NCBI GenBank assembly: GCA_947167635.1
Contig: CAMVIT010000002.1
Coordinates: 8,754-72,753 of the forward strand
DNA: 64,000 bases
Source of the DNA: an uncultured Bacteroidales bacterium
Lineage (GTDB): Bacteria > Bacteroidota > Bacteroidia > Bacteroidales > WCHB1-69
Direction: 5' to 3'
A program made the position numbers and the translations under genes. Positions 28,470 through 37,130 of the stretch are shown here, piece after piece. The notes beneath the pieces were generated by a model. It was given only the letters and a program-made list of their open reading frames with translations. It ran no database searches and was not told the DNA's origin. Positions within the stretch are counted from its first letter, which is position 1. Each line of letters starts with the position of its first letter.

Positions 28470-30254
28470 ATGAAAAAAAAGATAAGATTCTGTCTGGTGT
28501 ATCGTGATATGTGGCAATCGTCGGGCAAGTACCAGCCTCGTGTCGATCAATTGAAGGAGATTGCCCCGGTAATTGTGAAGATGGGCTGCTTCGCCCGCGT
28601 GGAAACCAATGGCGGCGCTTTTGAGCAGGTGAACCTGCTCTATGGCGAGAATCCCAACACGGCAGTGCGCGAGTGGACGAAACCTCTGCGCGAGGCTCAT
28701 ATCCAGACCCAGATGCTGGAACGCGGCCTCAACGGGCTTCGGATGTACCCCGTGCCCGCCGACGTGCGCCGGCTGATGTTCAAGGTCAAGAAGGCGCAGG
28801 GCGTGGATGTCGTGCGTTCCTTCTGCGGTCTCAATGATTACCGCAACTTGGAGCTTTCCATCAAATATGCCAACGAGTTCGGCCTGATCCCGCAGGCGGC
28901 CCTGAGCATCACATATTCCCCCGTGCATACGGTGGAACACTATATGGAAATTGTGGACAAATATGTGGAATATGGGGCCAAGGAGATCGGCCTTAAGGAT
29001 ATGGCCGGCATCGGACGTCCAAGGATGCTGGGAGAGCTTACCCGCCGCATCAAGGAGAAATATCCCCAGATATTTGTCCAATACCATGGCCACACCGGTC
29101 CAGGCCTCTCAATGGCCTCCGTGCTGGAGGTTTGCAAGAACGGCGCCGACATCATCGATGTGGCGATGGAACCCCTCTCATGGGGTATGGTGCATCCTGA
29201 TGTGATCTCCGTGCAGGCTATGCTGCGCGACGCCGGCTTCGATGTGCCCGACATCAACATGAACGCTTATATGGAGGCTCGCTCCCTGACGCAGAAGTTC
29301 ATTGACGACTTCCTCGGCTATTTCATTGAACCCAAGAACAAGATTTGTACTTCCTTGTTGCTCGGCTGCGGCCTGCCCGGCGGTATGATGGGCTCTATGA
29401 TGGCTGACCTGAAGGGACTGAAAGACGCCATCAACCTCTCACTCCGCAATGCCGGAAAGAAAGAACTCACCGAAGACGAGCTTTTGGTCAAATTGTTCGA
29501 CGAGGTGCAGTATGTGTGGCCGCGCGTCGGCACCCCCGGCTTGGTGACACCCTTCAGCCAATATGTGAAAAACATTGCCTTGATGAACATCCTCGCTGAG
29601 GCCCAGGGCAAACCACGCTACTCCAATATGGACAAGAACATGTGGGATATGATCCTCGGTCGCTGCGGCCGCCTGCCCGGCGAACTCGCTCCTGAAATCG
29701 TGGAGCTTGCCAAGTCCAAGGGCTACGAGTTCTTCACCGGCGTGCCCCAGGACAACTATCCCGACGAGCTGCCCAAGTACCGCGAAATGATGAAAGAGCG
29801 TGGTTGGGATTGCGGGAAGGATGACGAGGAACTCTTTGAGCTGGCCATGCACGAACGTCAGTATATTGATTACAAAGAGGGTAGGGCGAAGAAGAATTTC
29901 ATCGAGGCGCTTGCCAAGGCTAAGCTTAAAGTCGAGGACAAGGGCGGCAGCGAGAAAAAACTGCCCGAGGAAATCAAGAAGACGGCCATCGACCGCGTGC
30001 TTGCCACGGAACCGAAAGCAAAAATGATCGTGGCTCCAGTGTCCGGACAGGTGATATGGGAACTCTCCGTGGATGAGAAATCAATGGCAAAGCCCATCGG
30101 CACCTCCTTGAAGGAAGGTGATATTGTATGCTTCATCGCCGCCTACTACGGCCAGGAAGAAGTCCGCTCTTTGTTCAACGGCAAACTTATCGAGATCATT
30201 GCGCAGCAGGGCGACAAGGTCAAAAAAGGCGATGTGATTGCGTTTGTCTTATAG
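28470..30254 (+). CDS. Oxaloacetate decarboxylase alpha / pyruvate carboxylase subunit B-like carboxyltransferase
   Basis: RDMWQS, ETNGGAF, LKDMAG, YHGHTGPG, LPGGMMGSM, LVTPFSQ; C-terminal biotinyl/lipoyl-fold domain. Confidence 0.88.
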   Translation: MKKKIRFCLVYRDMWQSSGKYQPRVDQLKEIAPVIVKMGCFARVETNGGAFEQVNLLYGENPNTAVREWTKPLREAHIQTQMLERGLNGLRMYPVPADVRRLMFKVKKAQGVDVVRSFCGLNDYRNLELSIKYANEFGLIPQAALSITYSPVHTVEHYMEIVDKYVEYGAKEIGLKDMAGIGRPRMLGELTRRIKEKYPQIFVQYHGHTGPGLSMASVLEVCKNGADIIDVAMEPLSWGMVHPDVISVQAMLRDAGFDVPDINMNAYMEARSLTQKFIDDFLGYFIEPKNKICTSLLLGCGLPGGMMGSMMADLKGLKDAINLSLRNAGKKELTEDELLVKLFDEVQYVWPRVGTPGLVTPFSQYVKNIALMNILAEAQGKPRYSNMDKNMWDMILGRCGRLPGELAPEIVELAKSKGYEFFTGVPQDNYPDELPKYREMMKERGWDCGKDDEELFELAMHERQYIDYKEGRAKKNFIEALAKAKLKVEDKGGSEKKLPEEIKKTAIDRVLATEPKAKMIVAPVSGQVIWELSVDEKSMAKPIGTSLKEGDIVCFIAAYYGQEEVRSLFNGKLIEIIAQQGDKVKKGDVIAFVL

Positions 30255-30276
30255 GCATAATGCTCTCGGTAGAGAT

Positions 30277-31179
30277 ATGAGGCGTGTTTTTTTCCCCTTG
30301 CAAGACAAGAGTCTCTTTGTCCAACTCCTGTTTCTGATCATTTTCGTGTTCTTTGGAATGATCGTATTCAGTGTGCTGGGGCAGGGGGTTGCTTATCTGG
30401 TTTATCATACGTTGGATTACAACGCGGCAAGCAGTCCTGCCGGATTTCTTCGTATCACGCAGACACTCGGTTCTTTGGGTGGATTCATGGTTCCTGCACT
30501 GCTGTTTTCCTGTTTTCAAGATGGGAAACGGCTTGATTTTTTGTCTGCCAACAAAAGTCCCAACTATGTTCTGGCAAACACGGTACTGGTGATGTCCATC
30601 GTGATATTACCTGTGGTGGCGTTGTTGGAACAATGGAACATGGCCATACATTTGCCGGATTGGTTGTCGGGACTGGAGCAATGGATGAAACAGATGGAGG
30701 AGTCGGCAGACAGCATCTCCGAGATTTTGTTCGGGGATTTGACATACGGCACACTTTGTGTTAATATATTAGTCATGGCTGCCCTGCCTGCCATTTGCGA
30801 GGAATTCCTCTTCCGGGGTGCGCTTCAGAATCTTTTGGAAAAGAAGAGCGGCAGTCCCCATTTGTCCATTTGGATTACGGCCATCGTGTTTAGTGTCATA
30901 CATTTGCAGTTCTACGGTTTTATACCACGCCTCCTGCTCGGTGCCTATTTGGGGTATCTTTTGTATTGGAGCCGATCATTGTGGCTGCCGGTTTTGGCAC
31001 ATTTCCTGCACAATGCACTGTCGATTCTTGTGTCGTTCACGTTTTTGCGGCGTGGGGTTGACTTGGACGAAATGAAATTCACCGACATTCACGGTGCAAA
31101 CACGTTGGTCTTGTCGTGTGCCGTGGTGCTGGCAATGGGCCTCGCTTTTATGTGGCGTACACAGAAAGAGCTGAAGTGA
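30277..31179 (+). CDS. CPBP/CAAX (Abi) family intramembrane metalloprotease
   Basis: EEFLFRG, FSVIH, AHFLHN motifs; multiple TM helices. Confidence 0.92.
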   Translation: MRRVFFPLQDKSLFVQLLFLIIFVFFGMIVFSVLGQGVAYLVYHTLDYNAASSPAGFLRITQTLGSLGGFMVPALLFSCFQDGKRLDFLSANKSPNYVLANTVLVMSIVILPVVALLEQWNMAIHLPDWLSGLEQWMKQMEESADSISEILFGDLTYGTLCVNILVMAALPAICEEFLFRGALQNLLEKKSGSPHLSIWITAIVFSVIHLQFYGFIPRLLLGAYLGYLLYWSRSLWLPVLAHFLHNALSILVSFTFLRRGVDLDEMKFTDIHGANTLVLSCAVVLAMGLAFMWRTQKELK

Positions 31180-32326
31180 TACGGTCAAGAGCCTCTTTGA
31201 CGATGGATTTGGGCGTTCCGATATTCATCCGCATAAAGCCCTCACCATCGGGTCCGTAGTCAAGACCGCTGTTGAGTCCGACTTTGGCGTCATATAGCAT
31301 TTTGTCCACCAATTCCTTATGGGAGAGCCCCAACGCGCGGAAATCCATCCAGATGAGGAAGGAGGCTTCCGGACGCATCATCGTTACTTTCGGGAGATGT
31401 TTTTGGAGATATTGTTCCGTGAAATCAATGTTTGCTTGCAGATAGTCCAACAGTTGCAGCCGCCACTCCTCGCCGTGACGGAAGGCTGCCTCGGCGGCGG
31501 TGTATGCGAAGATGTTGCCCAAGGAGAGTTCGTTGGCGTCCAGGAAGCCGAAGAACTGTTTCTTGATCTCCGGGTCGGGAACGTAACCTACAGAGGAGGC
31601 TAACCCTGCCATGTTGAAGGTTTTGCTCGGGGCAATGAAGGTGATGGAGTTGTGGAATGCCTCGTCACTGACTGTGGAGAACGAGGTGTGCCGGCGAGGC
31701 GCGAAGGTCATGTCGGCATGGATCTCGTCAGCGATGACCAAGACGTGCTGGCGGTGGCAGATTTCGGCGAAACGGCGCAGCTCTTCCGGAGACCAGACCC
31801 TGCCTCCGGGATTGTGCGGGTTGGCGAGGATGAACACCTTGCACCCCTTCGCTTTCTCCTCAAAGTCCTCGAAGTCAACGGTGAACCGGCCGTCCACAAT
31901 GTGCAGCGGGCTGCTTGCAAAAACGCGACCGCTGCGGTGGGGCACGTTGAGGAACGGGGGATAGACCGGCGTGGTGACCAGCACCTTGTCGCCGGGCTGG
32001 GTGAAGGCCTGCAGCACGAAGGCGATGCCCTGCACGATGCCGGGGATGAAGTGGAGGTTTTTCCATTGCGTGGTGATGCCGTAATGCGTTTGCAGCCAGT
32101 TGATGACGGCGCAGACGTAGGTGTCGGAGGAGAAAGTGTAGCCCAACACCTCGTGCTCGCAGCGTTTCCGGATGGCATCGAGGATGAAGTCGGGTGTCTT
32201 GAAGTCCATATCGGCCACCCACATCGGCAGGAGGTCGTCGGTGCCGAAAAACTGCTTGAGCATATCGTGCTTCACACAGTGGGTGCCGCGACGGGGAACG
32301 ATTTCGTCAAAATTATACACAGACAT
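31148..32326 (-). CDS. MalY/PatB family PLP-dependent C-S lyase
   Basis: LPMWVADMDF, PVYPPF, NPHNPGG, ADEIH.D, APSKTFN.AG. True start MSVYNFDE at 32326. Confidence 0.93.
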   Translation of the reverse strand: MSVYNFDEIVPRRGTHCVKHDMLKQFFGTDDLLPMWVADMDFKTPDFILDAIRKRCEHEVLGYTFSSDTYVCAVINWLQTHYGITTQWKNLHFIPGIVQGIAFVLQAFTQPGDKVLVTTPVYPPFLNVPHRSGRVFASSPLHIVDGRFTVDFEDFEEKAKGCKVFILANPHNPGGRVWSPEELRRFAEICHRQHVLVIADEIHADMTFAPRRHTSFSTVSDEAFHNSITFIAPSKTFNMAGLASSVGYVPDPEIKKQFFGFLDANELSLGNIFAYTAAEAAFRHGEEWRLQLLDYLQANIDFTEQYLQKHLPKVTMMRPEASFLIWMDFRALGLSHKELVDKMLYDAKVGLNSGLDYGPDGEGFMRMNIGTPKSIVKEALDRITSALSVYAT

Positions 32327-32355
32327 AGTTTTCAGTATATTATCGTAATAATGTG

Positions 32356-32415
32356 CAAAAATATGAAAAAAACGGGATGTTTGTTTACCATTCAGAAAGA
32401 AAAATAGTATTTTTG
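32356..32415. promoter_or_regulatory. Divergent -7 boxes (malY / ddh)
   Basis: TATTTTTG on minus (32356-32363) and on plus (32408-32415). Confidence 0.7.
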
Positions 32416-32437
32416 CAGTTTTTAAAAACAATAAGAT

Positions 32438-33298
32438 ATGCAGATTAAAATCGCCATCATAGGTTATGGCAACATAGGAAAGGCCGTGGAACAGGCCGTC
32501 TTGGCCGCTGACGACATGCAGTTGGCAGGCATTTACCACCACAATGACAACTTGGATGCGCTTGACGCTGACGTGGCCGCGCTCTGTACGCCCACCCGCG
32601 AGGTGCCGGCGTTCGCGGAGAAGCTGCTTCGCCAGGGCATCTCCACCGTGGACAGCTTTGACATACATGGGCAGATCTTTGACCTGCGCAAGCGCCTCAC
32701 CCCTGTCGCTAAGGAGCATCAGGCGGTCAGCGTCATCGCTGCAGGCTGGGATCCTGGCTCTGACTCGGTGGTGCGTGCCCTGTTGCTGGCTTTGGCCCCC
32801 AAGGGCATCACCTACACCAATTTCGGTCCGGGTCGCAGTATGGGCCACACCGTAGCCGCCAAGGCCATTCCCGGCGTGAAGGACGCACTCTCGATGACCA
32901 TCCCGCTTGGCACGGGCATCCATCGCCGTATGGTCTATGTGGAGCTGGAGGCAGGTGCCGACTTCGCCACGGTGGAGAAGCTGCTGCTGCAAGATGACTA
33001 TTTTGCCCACGACGAGACGCATGTTATCCCCGTGCCCTCCATCGACGCGCTCAACAATGTGGCTCATGGTGTGCATTTGACACGCTCCGGGGTGAGCGGT
33101 GACACGCACAACCAGCGCTTCGAGTTCGACATGGAGATCAACAACCCCGCTCTCACGGGCCAGGTGCTCGTGTCGTGTGCTCGTGCCGCTATGCGGATGA
33201 AGGCGGAGCAGCGTTACGGTGCCTTCACGATGATTGAAATCCCGCCGATACAACTCCTCCCCGGCGATGAGGAACAGTTGATCCGCAGCCTCGTGTGA
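32438..33298 (+). CDS. ddh: meso-Diaminopimelate dehydrogenase
   Basis: IIGYGNIG, TVDSFDIH, AGWDPGSDS, TNFGPGRSMGH, HGV, NNPALT. Confidence 0.94.
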   Translation: MQIKIAIIGYGNIGKAVEQAVLAADDMQLAGIYHHNDNLDALDADVAALCTPTREVPAFAEKLLRQGISTVDSFDIHGQIFDLRKRLTPVAKEHQAVSVIAAGWDPGSDSVVRALLLALAPKGITYTNFGPGRSMGHTVAAKAIPGVKDALSMTIPLGTGIHRRMVYVELEAGADFATVEKLLLQDDYFAHDETHVIPVPSIDALNNVAHGVHLTRSGVSGDTHNQRFEFDMEINNPALTGQVLVSCARAAMRMKAEQRYGAFTMIEIPPIQLLPGDEEQLIRSLV

Positions 33299-33313
33299 AA
33301 ATCTTTTTACAAT

Positions 33314-33913
33314 ATGAATATTACAGAAGAAGAACTCCAACGAATCGTGGCATTGGCCGTACGGAAAGCCTTGGAGGAGATTAAAGGCGTTCATGGCCAG
33401 GAAGAAGGTGTGTCTGAACCCCCTGTCCAATACGGGGGAAGTAGTGTGCAGCCGTTTAGCGACGAGGAGTTGGAGGAGGCCATGCGTCTGATGGCCTCGA
33501 ACAGGGGTAAGGATGGGGAGCCGAAAGTGGGTATCTTTTGGTTTGATCCCAACAAGAACGATCTTTTTGGCGTGCGTTCCCACAGGGTGTCCGACTATGT
33601 GAAACCCAATGCGCGCTCGGAGTTCGGATGCGTCTCATGTTCGGAGATGCACGAGGATGTGTGGAAGAAGGAATACCACAAGCAGAAATACAAAAATGGA
33701 GGTGTGGGCCCCTATACCGGTGCATACGAGATGGTGCCCAGAGGACGTGTTTTCTATGACCCGAGAAGTGATGAATTCACTATCGCGGTTGGCTCGTGGA
33801 TAGAGCAATATCCGCAAGCGATACCCCTTGTTGAAGAAGAATTCAATTTGAAAGACACGAAGCATTCTGTCAAGACTGCTTGGCACTGGGATATCGGACA
33901 AAAATGGATATAA
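33314..33913 (+). CDS. Hypothetical protein (GIFW...H...PRGRV...HWD motifs)
   Basis: 199-aa ORF filling the gap between ddh and a terminator; no family recognised. Confidence 0.8.
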   Translation: MNITEEELQRIVALAVRKALEEIKGVHGQEEGVSEPPVQYGGSSVQPFSDEELEEAMRLMASNRGKDGEPKVGIFWFDPNKNDLFGVRSHRVSDYVKPNARSEFGCVSCSEMHEDVWKKEYHKQKYKNGGVGPYTGAYEMVPRGRVFYDPRSDEFTIAVGSWIEQYPQAIPLVEEEFNLKDTKHSVKTAWHWDIGQKWI

Positions 33914-33914
33914 G

Positions 33915-33949
33915 AAAAAAAGCCCTCGGATTTTCCGGGGGCTTTCTTT
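33915..33949. terminator. Bidirectional intrinsic terminator
   Basis: AAAGCCCTCGGA-TTT-TCCGGGGGCTTT with A and T flanks, between convergent genes. Confidence 0.85.
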
Positions 33950-33965
33950 ATGAGTGGATTGAAGA

Positions 33966-35192
33966 TTATTCGAAGGAGAGAATGGCCTCTTTGATCTTGG
34001 AGATGGCATCTCTGAGTTCCTCTTCGCTGATGACCAATGGGGGAGCGAAGCGGATGATGTGCTGGTGGGTCGGTTTGGCGAGCACACCGAGTTCTTTCAT
34101 CTTCACGCACACATCCCAGGCTTCCTTGCCGTTGGTGGGTTGGATGATGACGGCGTTGAGAAGGCCTTTTCCGCGGATTTGTTTGATGAGCGGGCTGTTG
34201 ACCTTGTTCATCTCGTCGCGGAAGATCTTGCCAAGGTATTCGGCGCGTTCGGCGAGTTTTTCCTCTTTCACCACTTCAAGGGCTGCGATGCCGACACGGC
34301 AGGCGATGGGGTTGCCGCCGAAGGTGGAGCCGTGTTCACCGGGCTTGATGTTCAGCATGATGTCGTCGTCGGCCAGGACTGCGGAGACAGGCATGGTGCC
34401 GCCAGAGAGGGCCTTGCCGAGGATGAGGATGTCCGGACGCACGCCTTCGTGGTCACAAGCCAGCATCTTGCCGGTACGGGCGATACCGGTTTGCACCTCA
34501 TCGGCCATGAAGAGCACGTTGTGTGCCTTGCAGAGGTCATAGCATTTTTTGAGGTATCCATCATCGGGAACATAAACACCAGCCTCGCCTTGGATCGGTT
34601 CCACGAGGAAACCGCACACCATGGGATCTTCGAGGGCCTTGGCCAAAGCATCGACGTCGTTGTACGGGATCTTGATGAATCCAGGGGTGAACGGGCCGAA
34701 TCCTGCGTAGGCATCGGGATCAATGGAGAGGGAAATGATGGTGATGGTACGGCCATGGAAGTTGCCTTCACAGACGATGATCTTGGCCTGGTTCTCAGGG
34801 ATGCCTTTCTTGTCGTAACCCCAACGGCGGGCCAGCTTCAAGGCGGTCTCGTCAGCTTCGGCGCCAGAGTTCATCGGGAGAACTTTGTCATATCCAAAGG
34901 TTTCGGTAACGTATTTCTCATACGGTCCAAGGCAGTCGTTGTAGAAAGCGCGGGAGGTCAGGCAAACCTTTTGGCACTGGTCCATCATGGCTGCAATGAT
35001 CTTCGGGTGGCAGTGGCCCTGGTTGACAGCGGAGTAGGCGGAGAGGAAATCATAGTATTTCTTGCCTTCCACGTCCCAAACGAACGGGCCTTGACCGCGG
35101 GCGATGACCACGTCCAACGGATGATAGTTGTGAGCGCCATAACGGGCTTCCATGTCAATGGCTTGCTGACTTGATGTAATTTTTTCAACCAT
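33966..35192 (-). CDS. rocD: Ornithine--oxo-acid aminotransferase
   Basis: [56 protein letters not shown]. -7 box at 35237-35244. Confidence 0.97.
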   Translation of the reverse strand: MVEKITSSQQAIDMEARYGAHNYHPLDVVIARGQGPFVWDVEGKKYYDFLSAYSAVNQGHCHPKIIAAMMDQCQKVCLTSRAFYNDCLGPYEKYVTETFGYDKVLPMNSGAEADETALKLARRWGYDKKGIPENQAKIIVCEGNFHGRTITIISLSIDPDAYAGFGPFTPGFIKIPYNDVDALAKALEDPMVCGFLVEPIQGEAGVYVPDDGYLKKCYDLCKAHNVLFMADEVQTGIARTGKMLACDHEGVRPDILILGKALSGGTMPVSAVLADDDIMLNIKPGEHGSTFGGNPIACRVGIAALEVVKEEKLAERAEYLGKIFRDEMNKVNSPLIKQIRGKGLLNAVIIQPTNGKEAWDVCVKMKELGVLAKPTHQHIIRFAPPLVISEEELRDAISKIKEAILSFE

Positions 35193-35308
35193 AATAATGT
35201 ATTTTAGTGAGATTTATATTTTACCAAAAGAGGGTGCAAACATACATAAAAAATTTGGATTATCACTTGTAAACTTATTCCCATTTATCAACACTCGTGT
35301 GTACGATT

Positions 35309-36268
35309 TTATTCGTTTACATAGCCAAAACGTTTGTCCAGTGTGTCCAGGATGAGCGGAACATACTGCAATATCCGCTCTTTTTCCTCTTCGTAGTCGC
35401 TGCCATCAAAATAATCGGGCGCGTCGATAGGCCAAAATGCCGCATTTTCCTCGATGCCTGAGCGAATGTACGCATCGTTTTCCGTCATCATCCTTGCAAT
35501 GTTTTCTTCGCTGAAAATGTTGTTGCGACGCAACATTTTCCATCGTTCAGATAAGGCTTTCTTGTATGAGGGTGACTTCAGCAATCTGTCAAACAAGATG
35601 TTCCGATGTTCATCTGCCATGCGCGCCAGCATGTTGGGCTCGTTGTCGCCGTCACGTCCAAAACTGTGGTCGTAGTCCCAGATGGCGATGCGATATGGCG
35701 TGGAGCTGTCCACCTTGTAGAGATAGAAGTTCTTCAACAAGCCATCGCTGTTGTTCGTGAAAAGCAACAACAGATGCCAATCCGCGATGTTCCTCAGGTC
35801 GAACAGGGTGCCGACTTTGTTCGTGAACTCTTCATCGGAGGCGTGCAGCAGGAACGACCGTAGCTCATCCATGGCCGCATTCCTGTCTTGCTGGTCAAAA
35901 TCAGGGTATTTTTGCTCGTGGTAGTTCTGCGCACCCTCTGACCGGTAGGGCAGCTCGGTGTCATTGTAAAAAACCTTGGGTTCTTTGAAAATCAATGCGC
36001 CGGTGTCTGCCTCGTTTAAACGAAGCACTTTTTTGTTCAAGCGTTGCATCACCACATACAGTCCTTTGGGATCCGCATTCTCCCGAACCATGGCATATCC
36101 TGCCAGGCAGGGGATGCTCTGCTCCCACTCAATGACATTCTCTGTCATAATGCTGATGACAGGGAGTCTCTTTGCTTCGTTTGGCTTGCAGCCGTTTAGA
36201 AGCAGTATGCAAACGGAGTAAATCGTGAGTAGGGCAGGGTAGTTCCTGTTTTTAAAATGAGAAAACAT
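35309..36268 (-). CDS. CotH kinase family lipoprotein, apparently lacking part of the N-lobe (possible pseudogene)
   Basis: Lipobox-like LNGC, GLYVV, NNSDGLLKNFYLY and IWDYDHSFG are present. The RG..S..K / WIL.A...D...R block expected before GLY is not visible. Confidence 0.7.
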   Translation of the reverse strand: MFSHFKNRNYPALLTIYSVCILLLNGCKPNEAKRLPVISIMTENVIEWEQSIPCLAGYAMVRENADPKGLYVVMQRLNKKVLRLNEADTGALIFKEPKVFYNDTELPYRSEGAQNYHEQKYPDFDQQDRNAAMDELRSFLLHASDEEFTNKVGTLFDLRNIADWHLLLLFTNNSDGLLKNFYLYKVDSSTPYRIAIWDYDHSFGRDGDNEPNMLARMADEHRNILFDRLLKSPSYKKALSERWKMLRRNNIFSEENIARMMTENDAYIRSGIEENAAFWPIDAPDYFDGSDYEEEKERILQYVPLILDTLDKRFGYVNE

Positions 36269-37097
36269 AACTTGCACAAATATTTCCTACAAATCCTGTC
36301 ACTTTTGTGTAGGATTTCAGTTTGGTTCCATCTGAGTTGGCATCTATGACTTTGTCACGCACATAATCGCCGAGGAAGGCGAAGTTCAGGTTGTGTTTTT
36401 TGTTGATCTTGACATCCATGCCCAAGCAACTGCGCACGCGGTTGACATAGCAATTGTCATAGCCGGTCAAGAACCAACCTGGATCGCCCGTCGTGGCACC
36501 ACTCTCTGTCATATAGTCCGTGCCATCGAAATATGCGGATACAGAAGGTGCGTTGAAAACGTTGCGCACTTCCACAGAGACGTAAGGCTCTATAATCCGG
36601 CCCCCCTTGTACTTGAGCATGAGACGGCTTTTGAGACCCAGCAGGTTCCTCGGGTTTTGGAAAAGATTTATGTCGCCCATGCGGTACGTCCACTGGAAAC
36701 GTTCCTTGAGCGAGAGATTCCAATTGCCCATCTTCAGAGTGCCTGTGATGTCGGCCATTAGTCGATGGCGCATATTCTTGAAGGTGGAGTTAGATGGACT
36801 ATAGGGTGCGATGAATGCATATCCCAAACCCAACTTGACATTGTTATGTACTTTGTATTGAATACCCAGCGTGGTCTGCAGGCGGTCAAAACCACGGAAA
36901 TTGTTGTCGAAACGGGCCTCTTCTTCAAGGGTGATGTGCAATCCTTTGACGATTTTCTTGTCCAAGCCCAAGGATATGCGGGCGCCAAATTCAGGGGCGT
37001 CCTTGACATTCGTCTGTGCTCGCAAGGATGTGGAGAATAATAGGGATAGGCCGATAAAAACGGTGAGAGGCCAAAATTTTGCTGATTGTATCTCCAT
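36252..37097 (-). CDS. DUF2490-like outer-membrane beta-barrel protein
   Basis: Signal peptide, KKIVKGL, EEEARF, RHRL, LKERFQ, C-terminal YVFSF. Confidence 0.75.
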   Translation of the reverse strand: MEIQSAKFWPLTVFIGLSLLFSTSLRAQTNVKDAPEFGARISLGLDKKIVKGLHITLEEEARFDNNFRGFDRLQTTLGIQYKVHNNVKLGLGYAFIAPYSPSNSTFKNMRHRLMADITGTLKMGNWNLSLKERFQWTYRMGDINLFQNPRNLLGLKSRLMLKYKGGRIIEPYVSVEVRNVFNAPSVSAYFDGTDYMTESGATTGDPGWFLTGYDNCYVNRVRSCLGMDVKINKKHNLNFAFLGDYVRDKVIDANSDGTKLKSYTKVTGFVGNICASYVFSF

Positions 37098-37130
37098 GAT
37101 GCTATAATTCGAATTGATGTAAGGTTTATG

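Noticed and set aside
31148-31179. 32-bp overlap of the convergent CPBP and malY 3' ends as an antisense control system
   Set aside because: Short tail-to-tail overlaps are common and nothing else supports a regulatory role.
31148-33583. 811-aa minus-strand ORF
   Set aside because: Only the part from 32326 is the MalY/PatB protein. The rest is stop-free antisense of ddh and the next gene, running across a divergent promoter region.
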